From NCBI GenBank assembly GCA_965279375.1, contig OZ257156.1:704001-768000 (forward strand): 64,000 nucleotides of DNA, in the 5' to 3' direction. The translations under genes and the position numbers were made by a program. The stretch's first letter is position 1. Each line of letters starts with the position of its first letter. Shown one piece after another: positions 48,671 to 57,537 of this stretch. Under the pieces are notes generated by a model that saw nothing but the letters and a program-made list of their open reading frames with translations, was not told the DNA's origin and did not search any database. The stretch comes from Gemmatimonas sp. (lineage in GTDB: Bacteria; Gemmatimonadota; Gemmatimonadetes; Gemmatimonadales; Gemmatimonadaceae).

Positions 48671-50725
48671 TCAGAACGCGCCGGCGACCAGACGCTTCCG
48701 CGACGCGAGCCCGCGCCCCGTCGGCGTGGTGCGTCGCGCTGCCGGAGCCCAGATCTCAGGCGACGACACCGTGACGCCGGCATACACGTCGCGTTCCGTC
48801 AGGTCGAACTGCCCGACCATCTGGTTCAGCGACTCGGCCTGACTGGTGAGTTCCTGCGCTGCGGCCGCGGACTGCTCCGCGTTCGCCGCCGCAGACTGCG
48901 TCACGGAGTTCATCTGGTCCGTGCCGGCGACAATCTGCGCGATGCTTTCAGCCTGCTGTCTGCTGCTGGCGGTGATCGCTTCCATCGCGGTCGACACCTT
49001 GCCGACGGTGCTCGTAATCTCGGACAGGCGCAACCGTGTCGCTTCCTTGAGTTCCACGCCACGCTTTGTCGCCGTGAGCGAGCGTTCGATGACATCCGCA
49101 GAACGGCGCGCTTCCTCGGCGCTGCGCTGCGCCAGCGAACGGACTTCATCGGCGACAACGGCAAAGCCACGTCCTGCGTCGCCGGCCCGTGCAGCTTCCA
49201 CGGCAGCGTTGAGCGCGAGCAGGTTGGTTTGGAAGGCGATTTCGTCGATGGTGCGCATGATGCGCGCGGTCTCGCCCACCGAGACGTGGATGGCGTCGAT
49301 GGCCTCATCGAGACGCTGCATCTGCTGGACGCCGTCGTCGGCGGAGGCACGCGCGGCGTCCGACAGACCGCGTACGACTTCGGCTTCGGTCGCCGTCTGC
49401 CGAGAGACGGCGTCGAGTTCCTGAAGGCTGGCGTTGATTTCCTCGAGGGCGCTGGCCTGCTCACTCGATCCTTCCGCCATCGCCTGGCTGCTGGCGGCGA
49501 TCTGGTCGGCCGCGCTGGTGACCTCGGTGGACGCGACACTGACTTCGCGCAACGCCGAGTCGAGCTGGTCGAGCGTGGTGTTGAGGGCAGTGGTGAGGCG
49601 CGAATGGTCGCCTTCGTAGACGCCGATCACTCGCACGCGCAGGTCGCGCTGCGCGACGCGGTCGAGCACCGAGGTGGCCTCGACGATGGGAGCCAGCGTC
49701 TCCTCGAGCATGGTATTCACGCCGCGCACGAGTTCAGCGTACGCCCCCTCGAACTTGGCAGCATCGGCGCGCACCGACAACTTGCCGCGGCGACCGGCCT
49801 CGATCAGCACATGGAACTGCGCGTCCAACTGACGCAGGGTGTCGGCAGTGCGATTGATGCTGCGCGCGAGAATGTCTGAGTCCGACCGCGGCGTCAGGTT
49901 GCGCGACAGATCGCCGCGACTGAGCGCCTCGGCGGCTGTGGCTGTGTCCTGCGCAAAAGCGGTGACAGCGCGGAACGAGTCGGCGAGGCTGCCGATCTCG
50001 TCGCTCGACTGGTGGGTGACCTGCTGCGAGAAATCGCCGATCGCCATGGCCTTCGCCGTCTCGGCGAGCTCGGCGATCGGCCGGCGAATGGCGCGGATGA
50101 TGAGCAACGAAGAGATCGCAAGGGCCAGCACGGCGATCAGGCAGAGCACGGCCAACTTCACCTTCGCGCTGTACGCCACGGATTGTGCCGCGTCGCTGAC
50201 GGCCCGCGAGCTGACCGCGACCTGATCGGCAACGCTATCCTGCACCACTTCCAGGCGGCGAAAGGTGGATTCGAGGTCGGCATTCAGTGCCTGCACGTCC
50301 GACGCGTGGCTTTCCGCGCCACGCGTTGCCGCCGCCGCAACTGCGACATACGACACGACGATCGGACGCATCCGCTCGATCATCGCCTTCACCGTGGAGT
50401 CTTCCGACAGCGCGCCGACCGTATCCACGTCGGCCAACATCGTGACCCCATTTTCCTCCGACTCCGCGACCAGCGCCTTCGCTTCGTCCATCCGTCCTTC
50501 CTGCACGGCGATGCGCGCGATCGAAGAGATCCCGCGCAGGTTGTCGTGCATCATGTCCGCATGCATCTGATGTCGCTGGATGGCGACGGCCACATCAAGG
50601 CGACGGGCCGCCGCCGCAGTGTGCGTGACACCGGAATACCCCACAGCGCCCGCGGCGAACGTCGGCAGCAGGCCAATCAAGGCAAGGGCGATGAGCTTCT
50701 TTGAAAGCGTCAGGTGTCGCAGCAT
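48671..50725 (-). CDS. Methyl-accepting chemotaxis protein
   Basis: 2 TM, multiple HAMP domains, [40 protein letters not shown]. Start 50725 or 50755. Confidence 0.95.
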   Translation of the reverse strand: MLRHLTLSKKLIALALIGLLPTFAAGAVGYSGVTHTAAAARRLDVAVAIQRHQMHADMMHDNLRGISSIARIAVQEGRMDEAKALVAESEENGVTMLADVDTVGALSEDSTVKAMIERMRPIVVSYVAVAAAATRGAESHASDVQALNADLESTFRRLEVVQDSVADQVAVSSRAVSDAAQSVAYSAKVKLAVLCLIAVLALAISSLLIIRAIRRPIAELAETAKAMAIGDFSQQVTHQSSDEIGSLADSFRAVTAFAQDTATAAEALSRGDLSRNLTPRSDSDILARSINRTADTLRQLDAQFHVLIEAGRRGKLSVRADAAKFEGAYAELVRGVNTMLEETLAPIVEATSVLDRVAQRDLRVRVIGVYEGDHSRLTTALNTTLDQLDSALREVSVASTEVTSAADQIAASSQAMAEGSSEQASALEEINASLQELDAVSRQTATEAEVVRGLSDAARASADDGVQQMQRLDEAIDAIHVSVGETARIMRTIDEIAFQTNLLALNAAVEAARAGDAGRGFAVVADEVRSLAQRSAEEARRSADVIERSLTATKRGVELKEATRLRLSEITSTVGKVSTAMEAITASSRQQAESIAQIVAGTDQMNSVTQSAAANAEQSAAAAQELTSQAESLNQMVGQFDLTERDVYAGVTVSSPEIWAPAARRTTPTGRGLASRKRLVAGAF

Positions 50726-50767
50726 TCTCACTGGAGTCGAAGGTGGCGCCGACATCGGCAGATAGTT

Positions 50768-50794
50768 GTTTCGACTCGCTCCGACCAGAGGTTA
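50768..50794 (-). promoter_or_regulatory. Possible sigma-28 (FliA) promoter of the MCP gene
   Basis: Minus strand TAAC-N15-GTCGAAAC versus consensus TAAA-N15-GCCGATAA. Confidence 0.4.
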
Positions 50795-51019
50795 ACGCTC
50801 CGATTTCCCGTCGCGACACGCTCCATGCCCGCGGCGAAACAGGGGTCACGAAGTACGTCGAGATTTCGTCACGTGAGCGGCCAGATCGTCACGGAAAGCG
50901 GATGGACGACCGGGGGTCGCAGCAGAATATGTGCATGTAACTATTTTGGAAGACGCTCAAGTTCGGCGACCGCGAAGTCGAAGAAACGCTTTCGGTTGAC
51001 TCCTGACTCCCATTGATCG

Positions 51020-51457
51020 ATGCACACATCCGCGACAGACGCGAGCAAGTCAGCGCTGTTGGCGTCGCTGCGTCATGACACGTACCTCATGCTGCGACCG
51101 TCACCCATCGATGGCGTGGGGGTGTTCGCGGTGCGTGACATCCCGAAGGGGTGTCGGGACATGTTCAGCGCGCCGGATCCATCGGAGCAGTGGATCAGCG
51201 TCAGCCACGACGAAGTCGCGCTGCTGCCCGAACACGCGCGTGCGTTGGTGGAGAACTACTGCCTGTTCGACGAGACGCACTTCTTCGTGCCCGCGCGCGG
51301 CTTCAAGCAGATGGACTTGGTCTGTTATCTCAATCACGGCGACGAGCCGAATGTCGTGTCGATCGACGACGGCGAGGCGTTCGAGGCGCTGCGCGATATC
51401 CGCGCTGGCGAGGAGCTGCTGGTGGACTACGGCGAGATCGTCGACAGCACGGAATAG
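51020..51457 (+). CDS. SET domain protein
   Basis: SPIDGVGVFAVRDIPKG, YLNHGDEPN, ALRDIRAGEELLVDY. Confidence 0.9.
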   Translation: MHTSATDASKSALLASLRHDTYLMLRPSPIDGVGVFAVRDIPKGCRDMFSAPDPSEQWISVSHDEVALLPEHARALVENYCLFDETHFFVPARGFKQMDLVCYLNHGDEPNVVSIDDGEAFEALRDIRAGEELLVDYGEIVDSTE

Positions 51458-51482
51458 CGGACGACTGCGACCGCGGGTCTCC

Positions 51483-53213
51483 CTAACGCTTCATTGCCGG
51501 CGTCGCCGCGCGCAGCTCCGCGATGGCGCTGCCATCTTTCCGCGGATCTGATGCCCCCGAGTTCACGCCCGTCTTGAAGTCCCGCACGACCGCCTGCCCT
51601 GCCCCCATTCGCGTGGAGGAGTAGTCGCCGCGCATGATGATCTGGTGGCCGCGCGCGGTGAGCTCCTGGCGAATGGCCAGGGGGATGCGCGACTCGAGAT
51701 TCACGTCGCAGCCGCCGAAGGTGTCCTTGGAGAAGCGCGGCGCGTCGAGTGCCCCCTGCGCGTTCATGCCGAAGTCGACGATGTTGCTGACGAACTGCGC
51801 ATGCGCCTGCGCCTGATTCCAGCCACCCATGATGCCGAAGGCGATACGCACATCACCCTTTTCCATGAACGCCGGGATGATCGTATGCAACGGACGCTTG
51901 CGACCGGCCAACAGATTGGGGCTGTTGGGATCGAGCGTGAAGCCGCCACCGCGATTGTGCAGCACGAAGCCTGCGCCACCCACGGCGAGCCCTGAGCCGA
52001 AACCCACGGTGGAATAGTTGCTCTGAATGAGGGAGATCATGTTCCCCTCCTTGTCCACCACGCTCAGATACGTCGTGCCGTTATCCGTCACACTCGGCAT
52101 GCCGGGCCCGAAATCACACGTCGCCTTGCTCGCATTGATCAGCTTCGCACGCTCGGCGGCGTAGCTCTTCGAGCGCATGGCGTCCACCGGCACCTTGGCA
52201 AAGCGTGGGTCCGCGTCATAGCGCTGCATGTCGGCGTAGGCGAGCTTCTTCGCTTCAATCATGAGATGCAGCGATTGCAGCGTGTTGTGCCCACTGCTCT
52301 GCAGCGGAAACGTCTCCATGATGTTGAGCATCTCGAGTGCCGCGATCCCCTGTCCGTTGGGCGGCAACTCATAGACGGTCCAGCCACGATACGTCGTCGA
52401 GATAGGGTCGACCCACTCGCTCGTGTATTCAGCGAGATCGGCAGCGGTCATCGTGCCGCCGTGACTCTGTGATGTGGCGAGAATCTTCTTGGCGACGGCG
52501 CCCGTGTAGAAACTCGCGGCACCGCTCGTGGCGATCTGGCGATAGGTCCACGCCAGCTCCGGATTACGAAACACTTCGCCCGCTTCCGGTACGCGACCGT
52601 TGATCAGGAACGTCTTGGCGGTGGGTGCATCGGCCTCGAGGTCGGCGCGGCTGTCCTTCCAGTACACGCTCACCACTTCGCCCACGGGAAAGCCGGCTTC
52701 GGCATAACTGATCGACGGCGCGAGCACCTGCGCGAACGTCTTGCGCCCGAAGCGCTTGAGCAGCGCTTCCCATCCCTTCACCGCGCCGGGCACGGTTACG
52801 GCGTTGATACCGCGCGTGGGCATCGTCGTGATGCCTTTGCCGCGCAGATAGTCGGCAGTGAGTTTGGTCGGCGCCCACCCCGACGCATTGATGCCGTAGA
52901 GCTTGCCTGTCTTGGCTTCGTAGATGATGGCGAAAAGGTCGCCGCCGATGCCGTCGTTCATCGGGGCCACCAGCCCCATCATGGCGTTGGTGGCGATGGC
53001 CGCGTCGATGGCATTACCGCCCTGCTCGAGGATGCGCGCCCCCACCTGTGACGCCAGCACGCTCTCGCTGGCCACCACGCCCAGGGTGCTCGACACCAGC
53101 GAGCGCGACTGGGAGCGGTCCTGTGCCGCGAGGATCGACGGCAGCGCCGCGACACCGACGGCCGAGCGTACGTGGCGGCCGAGGAACGCAGAGAAGGCGA
53201 GGGAGCAGCGCAT
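51483..53213 (-). CDS. ggt: Gamma-glutamyltransferase (secreted), paralog 2
   Basis: GGNAIDAAIA, GIGGD, ELPPNGQG, DNG-TTYLSVVD, RKRPLHT, SDPRKDG. Confidence 0.93.
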   Translation of the reverse strand: MRCSLAFSAFLGRHVRSAVGVAALPSILAAQDRSQSRSLVSSTLGVVASESVLASQVGARILEQGGNAIDAAIATNAMMGLVAPMNDGIGGDLFAIIYEAKTGKLYGINASGWAPTKLTADYLRGKGITTMPTRGINAVTVPGAVKGWEALLKRFGRKTFAQVLAPSISYAEAGFPVGEVVSVYWKDSRADLEADAPTAKTFLINGRVPEAGEVFRNPELAWTYRQIATSGAASFYTGAVAKKILATSQSHGGTMTAADLAEYTSEWVDPISTTYRGWTVYELPPNGQGIAALEMLNIMETFPLQSSGHNTLQSLHLMIEAKKLAYADMQRYDADPRFAKVPVDAMRSKSYAAERAKLINASKATCDFGPGMPSVTDNGTTYLSVVDKEGNMISLIQSNYSTVGFGSGLAVGGAGFVLHNRGGGFTLDPNSPNLLAGRKRPLHTIIPAFMEKGDVRIAFGIMGGWNQAQAHAQFVSNIVDFGMNAQGALDAPRFSKDTFGGCDVNLESRIPLAIRQELTARGHQIIMRGDYSSTRMGAGQAVVRDFKTGVNSGASDPRKDGSAIAELRAATPAMKR

Positions 53214-53383
53214 CGAGGACTCCGGACGAGCGAAGGGGAAGGCGCGCCGCGACGCCGGCGCCTTGGACGGGGCAAAGATACGGCCCACCCCAATTCCGTC
53301 CTATATCGCGTCTCCGCCTGCGGAACTAAGTTCGCGGAAGAACCCCCGCTTCCCTGGCTCCCACACTCACCCTGCGAGGATGG

Positions 53384-54021
53384 ATGTCCGATCCGCTGCC
53401 TGAACGCTTCACGGTGTCACGACGGGAGTTCGTTGCGGGGTTGACTGCACTCGGCGCGGTCTGGCTCGCCGCCTGTGGTGGCGAGCAGGGAAAGGCCGCA
53501 GCGCCTGACACGAGCGCGGCGATGCCCGGCATGGCCAAGGAGGCCGATGCCCCACCGCAGAAGCTGGTGCACTTCTCGCCCGAGGACGCCGCGGAGCTGG
53601 AGGCGATGACGGTGCGCATCATTCCCAGCGACGACGGACCGGGGCGAAGGAAGCGGGCGCAGTCTTCTTCATCGACAACCAGCTTGCCGGCATGGTGAAG
53701 GACCAGGCGCCGCTGTTCGCCGAGGGGCTCAAGACGGTGGCCAAGGCCGTCACGGCCAAGCACGGCGCATCGGCCAAGTTTTCGACGCTGACGGCGGAGC
53801 AGCAGGACGAGGTTCTGCGCGGCATCGAGAAGTCGGAGTTCTTCGGCACGCTGCGCTTCGCGACGATCGCCGGTTTTCTGGCGCTCCCCAAGTATGGCGG
53901 CAACAAGGACTACGTCGGCTGGAAGTACATCGGGCAAGCGCACGCCTTCGAGCAGAAGGCACCGTTCGGCTACTACGATCTGCCCGCCAATCAGCAGGCG
54001 TTGCTCGGGAGGGTCCTCTGA
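53384..54021 (+). pseudogene. Gluconate 2-dehydrogenase subunit 3 family Tat lipoprotein, frameshifted at about 53641-53644
   Basis: SRREFV Tat motif and LAAC; IIPSDDGPG continues as AKEAGAVFFID in another frame if one G is added; downstream P.YGGNKD.VGW. Confidence 0.8.
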
Positions 54022-55691
54022 TGCGCCGTCAGACTCAGCCGGCCCCCGGCAAGACGTTCGCCAATGATACGGCCGTCGATTTCGTCATCATCGGCTCGGG
54101 GATCGCGGGCGGCAGCGTAGCGCGCGAGCTGACCAGTCGCGGCTTCGATGTGCTCGTCCTCGAACAGGGGCGCCATGTGCCGCCGGAGGACATGGAGCAC
54201 GACGAGATCGGCGCGCTGATGAACAACCGCTGGACCAACAAGCCGGAGGAGTCGCCGCAGACCTGGCGGAAGACGCCCGACGCGAAGACGGAGAAGCGCC
54301 ACTTTCTGCAGTATGCGCGCGTGGTTGGCGGCACAACGCTGCATTTCACCGGCAATTTCTGGCGCTTCCGTCCGATCGACTTTAACGAAGCGTCGGTGCG
54401 CGGCTCGGTGCCGGGCGCGAACGTGGCGGATTGGCCGATCACGTACGACGAGCTGGAGCCGTACTACACGGCGGTTGAAGAAGCGATGGGCATCTCCGGT
54501 GAAACGCCGACGGACCCGCGCGAGCCCAGGCGCTCCAAGCCGTTTCCGCTGCCGCCGCTCAACGTGACGGGCCCCGGTGTGCTGCTCGAGATCGGTTCCA
54601 AGAAGCTTGGCTGGAATTCCAAGGCCGCGCCGATGGCGATCCTCTCCCAGCCGTACAAGGGACGCCAACCGTGCCACAACTGTGGCTTCTGTCTCGCGTT
54701 TCCGTGCGAATGGGGCGCGAAATCCGGCTCCAACTGGACGATGATCCCCGACGCGCTGCGGTCAGGGCGCTGCGAAGTGCGATCCGACAGCTACGTGCAT
54801 CGCATCGAGACGGACGACAGTGGCCGCGTCACCGGCGTGCTCTACTTCGACAAGGACAAGAAGGAACAGCGACAGAAGGCCAAGGCGGTCGTGCTCTCCG
54901 CCAACGGCGCGGAAACACCGCGCCTTCTGCTCATGTCCACGTCCAATCGTTTTCCGCAGGGACTCGCGAACTCGAGTGGCATGGTGGGCAAGCATCTCAT
55001 GTTCAATGGCAACACGGTGGCCGACGGCCTGTTCGAGCATGAAGTGAATGGCCACAAGGGACCGGTGGTCACGCGCATCACGCAAGAGCACTACATCCCC
55101 GACCCGTCGCTTGGCTTTTTCGGCGGCGGCGGCATCGACATGCGCGTCGACGTGCCGGCGCTCTTCCGCACGGTGTCCATGCCGTCCGATGGCCCCGAGT
55201 GGGGTGCCGCGTGGAAGGCGCGCGCGCAGCAGTGGTTCTCGCACTCGGCGGCCGCGTACGGACACACGTCGTCGTTGCCGGTGGCGACGAACGCGGTGTC
55301 GCTCGACCCGGAGCTCAAGGACGCGTGGGGGATGCCGGCCATCCGCACGACGTTCAAGGAGCACGAGCACGACATGCGCCTGTACAAGTTCATGCAGGAT
55401 CGCACGATGGAACTGCTGCAGGCGGCGGGCGCCATCAAGTCGTACGCCGCGCCGATCACCGATGTCCCCGGCAGCGCCGTGCATCTGTTGGGCACGGCCC
55501 GCATGGGCAACGACCCGAAGTCGAGCGTCGTAGACAAGTATCATCGCGCCCACGACGTGAAGAACCTCTTCATCGTGGACGGCTCCTCGTTCGTGACGAG
55601 CGGACGTGGACAGCCAACGATGACCATTCAGGCGCTCGCATTCCGCGCCGCCGACTACATCGCGCAGTTCGCCAAGAAAGGAGAGATCTGA
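54021..55691 (+). CDS. GMC family FAD-dependent oxidoreductase
   Basis: IIGSGIAG, VLVLEQG, VGGTT, WPITYDELEPYY, CHNCGFC...C, HLLGTARMG, NLFIVDGS, PTMTIQALA. Confidence 0.93.
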   Translation: MRRQTQPAPGKTFANDTAVDFVIIGSGIAGGSVARELTSRGFDVLVLEQGRHVPPEDMEHDEIGALMNNRWTNKPEESPQTWRKTPDAKTEKRHFLQYARVVGGTTLHFTGNFWRFRPIDFNEASVRGSVPGANVADWPITYDELEPYYTAVEEAMGISGETPTDPREPRRSKPFPLPPLNVTGPGVLLEIGSKKLGWNSKAAPMAILSQPYKGRQPCHNCGFCLAFPCEWGAKSGSNWTMIPDALRSGRCEVRSDSYVHRIETDDSGRVTGVLYFDKDKKEQRQKAKAVVLSANGAETPRLLLMSTSNRFPQGLANSSGMVGKHLMFNGNTVADGLFEHEVNGHKGPVVTRITQEHYIPDPSLGFFGGGGIDMRVDVPALFRTVSMPSDGPEWGAAWKARAQQWFSHSAAAYGHTSSLPVATNAVSLDPELKDAWGMPAIRTTFKEHEHDMRLYKFMQDRTMELLQAAGAIKSYAAPITDVPGSAVHLLGTARMGNDPKSSVVDKYHRAHDVKNLFIVDGSSFVTSGRGQPTMTIQALAFRAADYIAQFAKKGEI

Positions 55692-56494
55692 TGGAACGCA
55701 GAGATTTTGTGCGGGCGACGGCCCTCGGCGCGGTCGGACTCGGCACGGGCGCGACGCCGTTCGCCAACGCGGCCGCCGACGGTGCGCCGACGATGAAGGC
55801 ATTCGCTGGTCGCAAGATTCTGATCGCCGGCGGCGGGTTTGGCACCGCCTTCATCAACTACATGGGGCAGCTCACCGGCAAGGCGCGCCCCAAGCTGCTG
55901 TATTTGCCGACGGCGTCGGCCGATCGAACAGATGGGATTCTGACGTGGTTCAAGAACTGCGCGCCGCTCAACGTCGAGGCCTCGGTGCAGGAGAGCTTCA
56001 TCGCCAGCACGCGACAGGACAAGAGCTGGGAAGAGGTGTTTCTTTCGGTGGACGGCATCGTCTGCTCCGGCGGCAACACGCTCAACCAACAGGCAATCTG
56101 GAAGGCACAGGGGATCGACGTCGTACTCAAGCAGGCCTGGGACAAGGGCATCGTGCTTGGTGGCGCGAGCGCTGGGTCGCTGTGCTGGTTCGAAGAGGGC
56201 ACCACCGACTCGCGACCCAAGGAGCTGTCCACGGTGAAGTGCCTCGGCTTCCTCAAGGGAAGTCACTCGCCGCACTATGATCGTGAGCCGGGCCGTCGCC
56301 CGCTGTACCAGAAGCTGATCGGATCCGGACAGATGCTCCCGGGGTACGCCTGCGACAACGACGCCGGCCTGTACTTCGAGGACAACGCGATCAAGCGCGT
56401 GGTGCACACGCGGAAGGACGCGAAGTGCTACCACGTCACCGTCGAGAACGGCAAAGTTGTTGAGCACCTCCTCGAACCCGAAATGATCAGCTGA
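55691..56494 (+). CDS. pepE: Peptidase E (S51) family protein with Tat signal
   Basis: MERRDFV Tat motif; YLPTAS, SGGNTLN, GGASAGSLCW, SPHYD. Confidence 0.85.
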   Translation: MERRDFVRATALGAVGLGTGATPFANAAADGAPTMKAFAGRKILIAGGGFGTAFINYMGQLTGKARPKLLYLPTASADRTDGILTWFKNCAPLNVEASVQESFIASTRQDKSWEEVFLSVDGIVCSGGNTLNQQAIWKAQGIDVVLKQAWDKGIVLGGASAGSLCWFEEGTTDSRPKELSTVKCLGFLKGSHSPHYDREPGRRPLYQKLIGSGQMLPGYACDNDAGLYFEDNAIKRVVHTRKDAKCYHVTVENGKVVEHLLEPEMIS

Positions 56495-56628
56495 TTCGTC
56501 TGCTGATCGATTTCAGGATAGTTTTGCCGAGTTGTTGCTGATCAGTCGACGGAATGCGTTGCGGTCGGTTGATCCGTTCGTGTGTCACTCCCGCCTTACA
56601 TCCTACCCGCAGCTCCCCAGAGGACTCC

Positions 56629-57330
56629 ATGCGTCGCGTATACGGTTCCGCCGCGGTTCTTGCCGCACTCGTAGCTCTGCCCAGCATTTCGTTCGCGCAG
56701 GCAGATCAGGAAGTCTCGCGTAAGGTCGCCGGTGGCGGCATCTCGGTCGCCGGTTGGGCCGGAAAGATCGACGACAAGGAAGTGAAGGCCGGTCAGGTGC
56801 TCGAAAACTCCAAGCTCGCCGCTGATGGCAAGGTGCTGAAGGTCACGACGGGTCCCGCGGTGACGTACTGGAACCCGAAGAACACGGCCAAGGGCGATTA
56901 CACCGTCAAGGCGACGTTCTACGAAGCGCAGTACATGGGCCTCAACGATCACCCGCATCCGTACGGCATCGTGATCGGCGGCAACGATTTGGGCACCGAC
57001 AACCAGAGCTACCTGTACTGCGCCGCGTACGGCAACGGCAACTTCATCGTGCGCGGCATGGGCCCGGCGCCGTTCCAGATGAACGGTCGCGGTGAAGCCA
57101 ATCCGGCGGTGAACAAGGCCGCTGGCAAGGGCTCGCCGGTGACGCAGGAAATCGCCGTGACGGTCAAGGGCGACCAGGTGATGTGCTCGATCAACGGCAC
57201 CGTGGTCGGCACGTACGACAAGGCGGCGCTGGTGGCAGCGGGCAAGCTCAAGAGCACGGACGGCGTCTATGGCGTCCGCTTCGCGCACAACACCGAAGCG
57301 ACGGTGACGGGGCTGACGCTCAGCAAGTAA
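56629..57330 (+). CDS. Hypothetical secreted beta-sandwich protein (DUF1080-like fold possible)
   Basis: GAGGA RBS, signal peptide; VTTGP, GDYTVKATF, HPYGIVIGG, G.YGVRFAHN. Confidence 0.75.
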   Translation: MRRVYGSAAVLAALVALPSISFAQADQEVSRKVAGGGISVAGWAGKIDDKEVKAGQVLENSKLAADGKVLKVTTGPAVTYWNPKNTAKGDYTVKATFYEAQYMGLNDHPHPYGIVIGGNDLGTDNQSYLYCAAYGNGNFIVRGMGPAPFQMNGRGEANPAVNKAAGKGSPVTQEIAVTVKGDQVMCSINGTVVGTYDKAALVAAGKLKSTDGVYGVRFAHNTEATVTGLTLSK

Positions 57331-57356
57331 GCGTTGGCTGCAGTGCGGTGATTCAC

Positions 57357-57534
57357 GCGGATAGGAGCGGATAACCGCAACTGTTTGGAACTGCCGATTA
57401 CGCGGAGAGAAAGCGGAAACGCACGGATACCACAACAGCTTTTGCTGTTTGAAGTATCCGTGCGTTTCTTTTTTCAAATCCGTGTAATCGGCTTCACCCT
57501 GCAGTTGCAGTCTTTTATCCGTTCTCAATCCCGC
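57357..57534 (+). repeat. Nested inverted repeat (about 180-nt hairpin; REP-like or structured RNA)
   Basis: Paired arms 57416-57430/57454-57468 (perfect 15 bp), 57393-57406/57479-57492, 57377-57383/57502-57508, 57365-57374/57515-57524; apex AACAGC-TTTT-GCTGTT. Confidence 0.8.
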
Positions 57535-57537
57535 AAG

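Noticed and set aside
50760..51010. Possible c-di-GMP riboswitch upstream of the MCP
   Set aside because: No GEMM consensus elements (GGCAAA...GAAA...GACGCAAA) found on the minus strand.
56596..57528. 310-aa minus-strand ORF and the ORF at 57385-57981 crossing the hairpin
   Set aside because: Antisense to real genes with atypical composition; their starts lie within the palindrome.
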